A DNA stretch of 63,925 bases, the filler included. It is 5 parts of 5 records of this genome, joined end to end, with 100 filler letters (N's around TTAATTAATTAA, not from the genome) between each part and the next. Parts side by side here need not be neighbours in the genome. Positions count along the whole stretch, not along the records: positions 28,133 to 52,055 come from SRR31147125_43379; positions 52,156 to 58,486 come from SRR31147125_43407; 3 more parts are not named here. One strand, written 5' to 3'. The notes below the pieces were generated by a model. The model ran no database searches. It was not told the origin of the DNA and saw nothing but the letters and a program-made list of their open reading frames with translations. The translations under genes were made by a program, and so were the position numbers. Positions 46,101 to 56,405 of the stretch are shown here, one piece after another (position 1 is the first letter of the stretch; each line of letters begins with the position of its first letter).

Positions 46101-49100
46101 CCCCTCCATTCCCCCCACCTAACAGATCAAAGCATGCTCGTACCGTGAGGGTAGCGCAGTCCGCAACCACAACCTCGCCTTCTTGGATTGTCAAGTAGGG
46201 CCACAAGTAGTCTACGGGTCTGGTAACGTCACAATCCGTGAATTGGACAGTTCCTCCGTCCTCTACAGAAAGGTGCGGGAGTGCATCACGTCCCATTGTT
46301 ATGGAATAGTCAGCCCACCCAGCCGGGTTGGCTGTTTCCATCATCGTCACAACGGCATCATTGCTCACGATAACGGTTGTCCCCTTTTTGAAGAGAGCAC
46401 TACTTGTGATCAGGCCACCACTTAGAATCAGATTTCCGGCTTTGTTGTCATCAAAGGCAGTGGGTCCAAAGACCGCTCCGTCGGCCAGGTCGAAGAACGT
46501 GTCGCCCGTTCCCGTAAGTTCCAGAGTCGAGCCCTTTCGTATTTCAACAGGATATCCACCCAACGGGCACGTACTCTGGGCACGGCAATACGTCCCAAAC
46601 ATACCACCGCTCCCACGAAGTGTCATGTGCCCACCGTCTCCTTCCGTTCCCGACTGCTCGGTTCCAATGTACAACTTACCCAGTTGGTGGAAACGACCAC
46701 CAAACTGGACGTGGGCATCGCCGACCTTTGTGAGCTCTCCACGATTAGCAAAGACACTCGCATCGGATTGTGTCAGACCTGTCGTCTCGAAACGCATACG
46801 ATCTCCGGTGGAGTTGCTGGTTCCATTGATCTTGAACTTGGCACCCAAATCAATATGAATTCCGGCACCGTTGTGACCCCACACGGTTCCATCATCCCAG
46901 TGACCTCGGGCACCTGCGTGAAGTCTGATAGAATAGCGATCAAAGTGTTTCTCGTCGGGATCCGTGATGCAGAAGTAGTCGAATACATCAACAGTACCCA
47001 AACCGAATTTGTCGGACAACAAGCCAGAATGCCAGCAGAACGTGCCTGTTGCATTGATGATGCCGGGACCCGTAAGATTGCCTCCCTGAACCAAGAATTC
47101 ACCGGGTGCATTGATGCCACCACGCGCCGACACGTGAAGTTCTCCGCCATCGACATGGAGTGTGTTCGAAATAACGATAGGCGCATCGACAACCATCCGT
47201 CCCTGACCGAACCGATCGAGTACAATGGCAGGTATCTCAATTCCTGCTTGTTCGTAGACAACTTCGCCACCCGTGATGGTCTGTGGGATGGCAACATTAG
47301 TAACCCTCATGCCAGGCTTGAACTTGGCCTTCATGCCCGACATCTTCCACTCTGCCTCGCCTTCCAGATCCACACCACAGCCAACGTCTCCATTTCCACC
47401 CTCAAAGTTCAGGCCACCCTTGCCCCGGAGCCATCCACTCGATCCAAAGAAGAAGGATCCAGAGAAGAAGCTTGCCGAAGCCTTACAGCCCGCGGGATCA
47501 ATAGAGCACTTGCTTTGCATCTGAGGGAGATTATGGGCCGTGGTAAGGTTGCCATTAACAACACCGCCTCGTGAAAACTGGAATTTGCCAAAGTTGAGTT
47601 TGAATTCGGGCTTCCCCTCGGACATTGTGAAGAATGCTCCAAACTTTGTATCCTTCAATGAGGAAGTCAAAAGGGTACCACCATTTCGGAACTCAGGCGG
47701 AGCTCTCCCCTCATCGGGATCGTAGAATTGTCCACCACACATGGTGCCGTCGTCTGCCAGTTCACTAATATCCATGTCAAACTCACCACCGTTCTCAAAT
47801 ACACATGTCACCCCCTGGAAATCACCGGCGACAATATCGCCACCAGTCCAATGGACGGCCGATGTCGAATACTTCACCTGGAATGTGCGACCCATACAAT
47901 GCTTGTCCCGACAGGTTGTAACATTCATGTGACTCTCCACGGCTGTTGTGCCCGGACCCACATGATAGCCACCTGCCCATGTAAACAAATCCATAACGGT
48001 CAGGTCTCCTGGCCCCTGGACCGTGCCGGAGGAATGGTCAAAGGACTGTTCCATGACAACATCGCCGTTGATGCTGAGCGTTCCGGCGTTCATAATGTAA
48101 TCACCCTTCACAAGCAGCGTGACACCCGACCCGACATCAATCAACCCGTCCCCTTCAAACATTCTCGTTTGAATAACATTTCCAACCGACACATCATACA
48201 AGAAGGGCATGGACTGGAGGTAGAGAGAGCCAATAACATCCATTTCTGTAGTGGGATTGCTGGGATCGGTAACACCGGCACCGAAACTCAGTCGCAGTAC
48301 ACTGTTATAATCAATACGGATGCGTGGTACATCAAACTTACTGGCAAGATTAACCACAGCATGTCCTGGATCCCCATTAATGAAATCGTGTACGGGATCG
48401 TCAATGTACCATAGGGGATCCACGAAATACTCGCCGCGACAGTACACAGATCCTGAGCCTGTAATAACAGATCCCGTCCGGAGGGTATGCTCTCCAGAAC
48501 GGAAATCAAGCATGGAATCTTCCAGGAGCGTGAATGTGCCCTCACTACTTCCGCCGTTAAGCAGGCGCAGACGGCCAGCAATTCGCGTTTCGCCGTTGTT
48601 GTTGAAACGTACCCAGAACTGAATGTCATCGTATATGCTTGTCACGGACATGATCAGGGTTCCTTCATTGACAAAGGTGGCTTGGTCGGATGCAGGGGTC
48701 TGGAACGGAGCTTGCAGGAACTGTACGCCCCGAACCATCGTCATTGTTCTATGGCTTGTCATCACAGCTGCGTTCTGACCCGTAATGGTATCTCCAGGCG
48801 TGAGCCAGTCCACGTCTCCGTGAAGATTAAGTGCTCGGCTGTCTAAAACCTTGTCCGTACTACCAGGAACAATGAAAAGATCCCCATACACATCCGTTGT
48901 TCCCGATCCGCCCATGACTCCGCCGCTCCATGTGAAGTTGCCATTGACAATCAGCTGCCCCGATCCTTGTATCTCTCCACCCGTGAAAACGAAACAACCG
49001 TCCACTGTCAGTTTTCCATCAATAACAAGGTTGCCTGCATCCATCAGGTAGCAGTGGGGAGCCGGAATTTCCACTTCTCCACTCACAATGACACTACTGG

Positions 49101-52053
49101 GAACGGTACACGAACCACGAGGAACCTGATCCCGGGAAGAGGGAGGAAGAGCCATTCGTGTTTGTGGAACATTCAATCCGACCTGATTCACACCTGGAAC
49201 CACAAAAATGTAGTTGAACAGATTGAATGTAACGGTTGCACCACAGTACACCGTGATGGGGTACATGTCGTCGCTAAAGGTATTGGTTGGCTCGAAATTC
49301 AACTCAGCGGGGCCAACTTGGAAGGCATCTTCCATGGTAAGGTCATAGGTTCCGCGAGACCTGGTCCGAGCTCCCGTGAAGGCAACCGTTCCTCCGCCAA
49401 GAATCTGTACAGACTCGCGAAGAGTGTGGACTACGTCCGTTCCACCAAAGTCCAGGAACCCTGTGCCACTCGGCTCCACAATGAATGTCCCGAAACTCAG
49501 CCCACCCCCTTCCAGGGCAATGTGCCCCCCAAGACTCTCAAACGTTCCATCATTCTCCAGAGATGCGGTGACTGTAAATGTGTAGTCAGCACTGGGCGGC
49601 ACCAAAGATCGAGTCAGGGTGGCTCCACTGTCAATACGCAAGATGGATCGACGTCCGGCAACGGGGCTGTAAAGGAAGGCAACATCCTTTCCAGAAACCG
49701 CAACGTCCAAATGACCTCGGTCACGGAGCATGGAGCCCCGTGACGCCATGATACTTCCGTCTGTCCATGTGGCAACACACTGTGGCTCCACTTCAATTGT
49801 AACGCCATCATCGAGCAGCTTGTTGTATTCTTGCTCGATGGACAGTTCTCTGCTAACACTCAGCACTCCGCCACCGGAAATTTCGCCAGCACACCACCGA
49901 ACATGGCTGACATGCACAATTCCATCCAGACGGAAGACAGTGTCCTGTCCCATCGCGGCCTCGCAGCCGATTTCGAGTTGGCTCAGTGTCATTGCGAAAC
50001 AATTCAATAATACAGTTGCGCCCTTGAAAGCGAACTGTGTGAGGTTGGATCGGATGTCAGCTTCTCGCTTGAAATCGACTGTACCTCCCAGAAGGAAGAT
50101 GGTGCCTTCAATGTCAATTGTCGACTGAATGTACGAGTACGTTGGTGTGGCTGTATCGGCAATGTTAAACTCAAGACGTCCTATTCCCTCCAGAACCGAT
50201 GTCTCTGTTAGGAAATGAATCCCATCACGAATATCAAGAACCCCGTCTGGACCCAGGTACATGCGTCCGCCGTGTGTACCGCCTCCCGTAAGCTGCAAGG
50301 TTCCCGATGTGACAGAAAGCACGGAGTCGGATGTACTTTCCAGAACACCTGCCAGGATGGATTCACCGGCACTGGCCTTCACAAGCGTCCCTGAATTGCT
50401 AAGATCTGCATTGAAGAGGGTTGCCCCCTCGCCCACCTCGAACCGTCCCGTGCTCACAAACTTCGCTCCGTTGGTTCCGGTGATTTCTCCACCCGTCCAC
50501 TGGGTTTCATTCATGATAACCTGTCGCTGGGACAAGGCCACAGGGCCATGCAGCACAGCGACATCCTCCACATTCAGGATTCCAAACCCAGACATCGATC
50601 CACCGGTCCACGTCAAACTCGTCAGAGAGACCAGGCCCGTTCCCTTCAACTCACCCTTCTCGAGCACCAGTGTGTTCACGGTAGGATTGTAGCACTGTGC
50701 ATCAATGACACCACCAGATCCATCGCTCGAAAGCTTCAAATGAGCCGAGGACGGAATGGCCTCTGACATGTACAACGTTCCTGCCCAGATATCAAGCGGC
50801 TCGCTCAGATCATACACCATACCGTCCACAGCCATCTCACCACCCGACAACCGAACAGTTCCATCACCCGACAGCGTGGAGGTACCACGGAGCACCACAA
50901 CACCATTGGCGAAATTGAGAATAGACGGAGCAGCAACACTGAAAACAGCGTCCTCACTTTCCGTTCCCTGTTCCAGACGAAGTTCTCCATATCCAGATGC
51001 CACATTCACGGCACTGTTTGCATGGTTCTCGATACGCCACGAAAGGCTCACGGACCGTGCGGATTCGCCCGTTAAGGGTGGCAAGAAGTCAATGGAACCC
51101 TTGTTAATGAGGCGTGGCTTGCGAACAAGGTTGCTCATATCATCGTGGCTCGCATCAATCTTGGCCCCACGGAAGTCAATGATAAATTGGGATGAACTTT
51201 CGCTCAATTCGAGAACAGGCGCATTCAAGAGATCAATCGGACCCGATGTCCATGTCATGACTCCCCGGTTGATAAGGGTCCGATCACTCCATTGCCGTCT
51301 GCCGGCCAGATTGCGAATCTCAGCATCCGTGAGAATTCGGTCATAAACAGACATATCATCGATCATCCCCCGCCACGGAGTCTGGGCATACTTCACATCT
51401 CGTGAACCGTCCGCGTTGTCACTGGCATACAGGTATCCTCCGCCCAGTGTTGTGACGAACAAATCAGATTCATGACCCTCAGTATCAAGGCGTTGGATTG
51501 AGCCCTTCAGAGGGACAGTGTTCTTGTACTTGCCATCGATATAGAAGGCTGTGGAACTTCCCGATGCCACAGCAGCTAGATGATGCCAACCACCGTCCGC
51601 GGGAAGCGACACACCTGAGGAATGGAAAGTACAGTCGTGCACACGTCTGTTCGCGGGGAAGCTCCGATGCACGCAGTTCTGCACAACAAGACGCCCGCTG
51701 CTGTCCAGAGCCACTGCGGAAACGAAGCGATAGATTGGGGCAATCTCGTTACTAACTTTGCCTCCTACTACGATTTCGTATCGCTCCGAGTTGTCCACCC
51801 ACAATCCACCGAACAGAATGTTCTTGACAGAAGAATCACTGGAATAGGGATAGGGATATGCAGTGGGAGTTGTGGGAAGTCCACCAGTCGGCACAAAGAT
51901 CCATGCTGCGACCGAATAGGACGACTCAAAAGCAAAGTAGGCATTCACCTCGAGCAGCATCTTGGCTTCGGACGAGGCGTCCAGGGACCATCCACACAAA
52001 GCATCGGGATTGAAGGCGGGTGTGCCAACAACAGGCGACTCAATCCAATTCGG
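28133..52053 (-). CDS. Giant (>=7,970 aa) secreted or surface protein: LamG-like domain, very long beta-solenoid repeat region, EGF/PSI Cys-rich modules and choice-of-anchor A domain. Open at both contig ends, 1-nt frameshift near 31440
   Basis: ORF 31360-51999 extends in frame to 52053 (PNWIESPVVGTPAFNPDAL). ORF 28085-31504 continues the same repeat pattern. LamG: WHHLAAV..FYIDGK..GMIDDMSVYDRILT. PSI: CYNCTLRPSCGWC. EGF: CSGHGQC..CQC..WYGKHC. Choice-of-anchor A: FNAFFF..GRMAVGGDA..VIINVEG. Confidence 0.85.
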
Positions 52054-52055
52054 AC

Positions 52056-52155
52056 NNNNNNNNNNNNNNNNNNNNNNNNNNNNNNNNNNNNNNNNNNNNT
52101 TAATTAATTAANNNNNNNNNNNNNNNNNNNNNNNNNNNNNNNNNNNNNNNNNNNN
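52056..52155. other. Artificial contig linker
   Basis: N44-TTAATTAATTAA-N44. Confidence 0.98.
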
Positions 52156-52596
52156 CCTCCGGGAAGTATGGGGTATGACGCAACAGGATGGGTTGAGTAT
52201 GTCGGTTATGTAAATAACAGAAATGCCGGGTATAGGCTGGTAAAGGGCGGCGAGGTTATTTATCTGCTCAGGTCTCTCTATTATGATCTTGATGAGTTCG
52301 TCGGGAAGCATATCCGTGTGAGTGGTAAGATTATCAATGATCAGACCTCGAACTATAATATTCTTGAGGTGAAAAAGTTGAGTATGTATAACGGGACTTA
52401 CATCAGGCCTAATACTGCAGTTGCTCCTGATACTCAGACAACACGAGGTTTTGTTGACTATGAAGTCCGTGAGAGTGTTGAGATCGGAAGTGGAGAAGCA
52501 ATTCAGCCAATGATGATTCAGGAAGAGTTTGATGAGGAGAGGCGTATTATACCAGGTGATGAATTTGACGTTACTGGGTTGATTATAGAAGAATAA
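52156..52596 (+). CDS. Hypothetical protein, C-terminal part (5' truncated)
   Basis: Frame is open from the contig start. OB-fold-like segment (LDEFVGKHIRVSGKI) followed by a terminator. Confidence 0.65.
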   Translation, partial: PPGSMGYDATGWVEYVGYVNNRNAGYRLVKGGEVIYLLRSLYYDLDEFVGKHIRVSGKIINDQTSNYNILEVKKLSMYNGTYIRPNTAVAPDTQTTRGFVDYEVRESVEIGSGEAIQPMMIQEEFDEERRIIPGDEFDVTGLIIEE

Positions 52597-52632
52597 TTTC
52601 AGTTTGAGACGAAATGCCTTTTGTCGATATTG

Positions 52633-52666
52633 AAAGAACCTGCTTTTTTTAGCAGGTTCTTTTTTT
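52633..52666 (+). terminator. Intrinsic terminator (possibly bidirectional)
   Basis: AAAGAACCTGCT-N6-AGCAGGTTCTTTTTTT between convergent genes. Confidence 0.8.
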
Positions 52667-52695
52667 GTGGTTTGTATGATTTTACCTATGTTGGG

Positions 52696-53398
52696 CTAGG
52701 TGCTGTATATACCATAGAGCATGTGTTTCTTTTTGCCGAAGCCGGCAACCTTCTCTATTTCAAAATTATTTTGCTGCAGACCCTCTCTGACTGCTCTGGC
52801 GCAGGAATAGGTGGTTACAGTAGTCTCCTGCGGGATAGAGTTTGCTGACATGCTTTTAAATAGAGTTTCTGACCACATCTGAGGGTTCTTGCTCGGGCTG
52901 AAACCATCGAGATACCATGCATTTACTTTATGTTTGAATTCTTGTATAGTATCGTTGATATCACCGGTCAGGATTATCAGTTTCGTGTTATACTCCGGTA
53001 GGGATATCTTCAGCTTTTTCAGCTTTGAGGTTATGCTCTGTATACCTGCTTAGAAATAATTCAGCAACATCGGTGAGGTTTTGCCACTCTTTATAGATCT
53101 GCTCAAGTATATCAGTGGGCAGAGGGGTTTTCTCAAAAGCATAATAGGTGAGTTCTTTTTTCTGATTAAAGTGTTGCTGCCAGAGTCTTAAAGTCTGCAG
53201 AAAGTTGAGTCCTGTACCAAAACCTGCTTCTGCAACGGTAAAATCTGTATTGCTACTGAAACGCTCCGGCAGTCTGCTGGTATTGATGAATACATGTTTT
53301 GACTCCTCTTCTGCTCCGGAGTTGGAGAAATAGACATCGTCAAAGCGTTCAGATTTCAGCTGTCCGTCTGTATTGAAAAAGTATTCTTTATTTTTCAT
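52696..53398 (-). CDS. mnmD: Stand-alone tRNA mnm5s2U34 methyltransferase (MnmC N-terminal domain / MnmD); frameshift near 53015
   Basis: SERFDDVYFS, EESKHVF, EAGFGTGLNF and FEK in the first frame. AWYLDGFSPSKNPQMW, TYSCARAVR and GFGKKKHML in the shifted frame. Confidence 0.88.
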
Positions 53399-53422
53399 AG
53401 TATATTTCTGCAGTTATAACGA

Positions 53423-53449
53423 AGGCCGAGCATAGAGTATGCTCGACCT
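53423..53449 (-). terminator. Hairpin downstream of HU/IHF gene
   Basis: AGGCCGAGCATA-GAG-TATGCTCGACCT, with one G-U pair on the minus-strand RNA. Confidence 0.45.
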
Positions 53450-53477
53450 GTATAAATTTATATTTAAATGATTTTGC

Positions 53478-53768
53478 TTACTTGTCAGCAGAATTACCCT
53501 GTACGCGTTCTTCCATCATCTTGCCGGGCTTGAAGGTGACAACCTTTCTTTCCGGTACCATTACTTCATCACCAGTGCGTGGATTTCTTGCTTTACGTGG
53601 TTTGCGAGTGCGGACTTCAAAAACACCGAAGTTACGAAGTTCCAGACGGCTTTCACTCTCCAGTACGTCAACAATGCCATCAAGAGTCATTTGCACAATG
53701 CGCTTAATATCAGTCTGGCGCATATCCATTTCTTTCGCTATTCGCAGAACCATGTCATTCTTTGTCAC
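53478..53768 (-). CDS. HU/IHF family nucleoid protein (IHF-beta-like)
   Basis: MTKNDMV...LELRNFGVFEVRTRKPRKARNPRTG...VVTFKPGK. Probable GTG start after AAGGGG. Confidence 0.93.
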   Translation of the reverse strand: MTKNDMVLRIAKEMDMRQTDIKRIVQMTLDGIVDVLESESRLELRNFGVFEVRTRKPRKARNPRTGDEVMVPERKVVTFKPGKMMEERVQGNSADK

Positions 53769-54075
53769 AGGTACTACCCCCTTATCATTTAACAAATTAC
53801 TAATGTTTATAAAGTTAATAATACTTCCTATATTAAGATAAAAACCAATATTCCAAAATACTTGGTAACATACGGTTATAAGATTTTATGATATTTGATA
53901 TGAGAAAAAGGTCAAGCAAATATTCACAAAATTCGAAAAAAGTTGAGTAATATTTGTTCGATTTATGTTGAAATATCGCTTTTTACCCTATATTTTCTAG
54001 AAAATGCCGTTATAATGTTGAGGTGATGTAAAAAGTTGATAATTTTTATTTTTCAGTTAAAATCAGGTTGTAAGT

Positions 54076-55338
54076 ATGAGTGTAGCACCGGGATCTACTC
54101 TTGGGAAGTTTGTTTTGGAGAGCCAGCTTGGCGGAGGAGGCATGGGGTCTGTCTATAAAGCCAGAGACCGTAAACTCAATCGTACTGTTGCTATCAAGAT
54201 TCTCAATTCCCAGCTGGAGTTTGATCTGGAGAATATTGAACGTTTTGAAAGAGAAGCAAAGATAATAGCTTCTTTGCAGCACCCGAACCTGATGCATGTC
54301 TATGATGTTGGTATTGAAGATGGCATGCATTACTTTGCAATGGAGTATATCGAAGGTGAATCTCTTCATGATATCATCGAAGATGATCATAGAGATCTGA
54401 CTCAGGAAGAAGCACTCAGGATTGTTATTGAGATCATGGCAGGTCTGCAGAAGGTGCACAGCTGCGGTATTATTCACCGTGATATCAAGCCAGCCAATAT
54501 TATGATAGAAAACGCTGAAGGCAGGGCAATACTTGTTGATTTCGGGCTTTCCAAGTCGGCAGATGATTCTGAGCTGACTTCGGCGGGTTCAGTTTTAGGT
54601 ACGCCGGACTATATATCACCTGAGCAGATTGAGGGAAGCGAGGCAGGAGCGTATTCAGATATATATTCCTTAGGTGTTGTTTTTTATGAAATGCTTAGTC
54701 GGAGCAATCCTTTCAGTAGAGGGAGTGCGATAAAGACAATTCGTGCGCACTGTGATTTTGTGCCGCAGCCACTCTATAAGCTGGTGCATGGTCTGCCGCG
54801 GAAGCTTTCTAATATTGTCGAAACAATGATCCAGCCTGATCCGGAGGAGAGGTATGGCTCTATAGAGCATATTGCTAAAGATCTGCTTGAGGTATGTGAG
54901 CATCCTGTATTGACTAAGTTGAGTGAGGCTGGGGCGACTGCACATATGGCGCCGAAAATGACTCCTGCTCACGGAGGCAGGAAGTCGTCTGTAAAGCTTA
55001 AACCGCATAAAATATCAAGTTCGCTCAGTCTCGAGGTAGACAGTCCACTCTGGCGTTATTTGGTTCTTATTCTAGCCGGTTTTATTGCAGTATACTTTTT
55101 GTTTTTCAATAGTTCGACATCAGATAACGAAGTTCTTGAGAGTATTCAGAGTTATAATCTGCCTATTGTGACTTATTATCCTGAAGGTGTGACTGCAGAG
55201 CCTGATGGGGTGATGAACCCGAGTGTAGTACTGCGCCTGAAGACAGGTGAGCGTGTCTGGGGGAGGCTGCTGGATATTATGTATAATGATAAGATAGCAG
55301 TCGGGCTCTTTCAAGAGGGAGTGCAGAGTTTCCGTTGA
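54076..55338 (+). CDS. Membrane-anchored Hanks-type Ser/Thr protein kinase (C-terminus probably frameshifted; may extend to 55469)
   Basis: LGGGGMGSVY, VAIK, HRDIKPAN, DFG, GTPDYISPE, SDIYSLG and a TM helix LVLILAGFIAVYFLFF. An alternative frame stays open to TAA 55469, just before a terminator. Confidence 0.92.
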   Translation: MSVAPGSTLGKFVLESQLGGGGMGSVYKARDRKLNRTVAIKILNSQLEFDLENIERFEREAKIIASLQHPNLMHVYDVGIEDGMHYFAMEYIEGESLHDIIEDDHRDLTQEEALRIVIEIMAGLQKVHSCGIIHRDIKPANIMIENAEGRAILVDFGLSKSADDSELTSAGSVLGTPDYISPEQIEGSEAGAYSDIYSLGVVFYEMLSRSNPFSRGSAIKTIRAHCDFVPQPLYKLVHGLPRKLSNIVETMIQPDPEERYGSIEHIAKDLLEVCEHPVLTKLSEAGATAHMAPKMTPAHGGRKSSVKLKPHKISSSLSLEVDSPLWRYLVLILAGFIAVYFLFFNSSTSDNEVLESIQSYNLPIVTYYPEGVTAEPDGVMNPSVVLRLKTGERVWGRLLDIMYNDKIAVGLFQEGVQSFR

Positions 55339-55471
55339 GTGATATTCATTCAATTATAGTGCCTGACTCTGACGCACTTGCTGATAAAATACCGCCGGCA
55401 GATGAGTTGATCAAGAATCGTTACCCTGACCTGACTCATTCAGATACTTTGCATGACGATAATTTTTAAAG

Positions 55472-55507
55472 AAAAAGAGCTGCCTGTTTTAAGGGCTGCT
55501 CTTTTTT
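55472..55507. terminator. Bidirectional intrinsic terminator
   Basis: AAAAAGAGCTGCC...GGCTGCTCTTTTTT between convergent genes. Confidence 0.6.
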
Positions 55508-55525
55508 ATATGATTGTTGTGAATA

Positions 55526-56272
55526 TTATTTTCCGCCTTTAAATTGGATGTTTAAAGCATTCTTCGGGCAATTATCAACACAAGCCATGCATTTTTTGCA
55601 TTCAATATCCTTTATCTCTCCCTTGCTTATTTCGGTAGATACTTCAATCGAATTCGGGCAGATAGTATCACATATCTTACAGTTTGTGCAGGAATCTTTA
55701 TCTGTCATTATGCGGAGTCTTGGTAGCCTGATAAAACGTGATATCGCTTCACCAATGACCATCGTGGGAGCCATCATGCAGAGCATATTACAGGCAGCAC
55801 CCCGTCCAAATATGAGTGCCAGTCCTGATATAATCAAAAGTACAGTATAGTAAGTAAAAAATATTTTCGGGGAGGATACACTGACTCCGTTTACGGTATT
55901 GAAGAAGAAATCAATTTGGAGAAATTTGTCTGTTGAATAAAGCAGGATAAATATTCCTGAGAACCAGAAAACATAAATGACATATTTTATATGGCGCAGC
56001 CATTTGATGCTTATTCTTTTTGGTTGAATTGTAGCGCAGATTGCCTGCGTGCCTCCACCAGAACAGAGCCAGCCACACCATGCTCTGCCTAAAAACAAAG
56101 AACTGATAAATAATATACTGAAAATAATGAGACTGCCATTGATTATTCCTTTACTGGCAGCTATAAAAGGAATTGCAGGTGAAAAATAAAAGAAAATTAC
56201 AGGAAATAATGAGAGGCTAAACATCAATAACAATAACCTGACACGCTGTCTCTTACTAGAGTTTGAGTTCAT
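55526..56272 (-). CDS. Membrane 4Fe-4S binding protein (NapH/MauN-like)
   Basis: GRAWCGWLC, GRGAACNMLC, CTNCKICDTICP and CKKCMACVDNCP motifs with TM helices. Confidence 0.88.
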   Translation of the reverse strand: MNSNSSKRQRVRLLLLMFSLSLFPVIFFYFSPAIPFIAASKGIINGSLIIFSILFISSLFLGRAWCGWLCSGGGTQAICATIQPKRISIKWLRHIKYVIYVFWFSGIFILLYSTDKFLQIDFFFNTVNGVSVSSPKIFFTYYTVLLIISGLALIFGRGAACNMLCMMAPTMVIGEAISRFIRLPRLRIMTDKDSCTNCKICDTICPNSIEVSTEISKGEIKDIECKKCMACVDNCPKNALNIQFKGGK

Positions 56273-56339
56273 TTTTTCTCCTTCATTTAAGATTACTGTA
56301 GTTTTGTCTGAATTGATAGTACGCAGATTTTATTATAAG

Positions 56340-56370
56340 AGAGAGCAGCTTTTTCAGCAAGCTGCTCTCT
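56340..56370 (-). terminator. Hairpin downstream of acnB
   Basis: AGAGAGCAGCTT-N7-AAGCTGCTCTCT. Confidence 0.6.
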
Positions 56371-56405
56371 AGTATAAATGATTGTTGTCGTTTTTACATT
56401 TTTAC

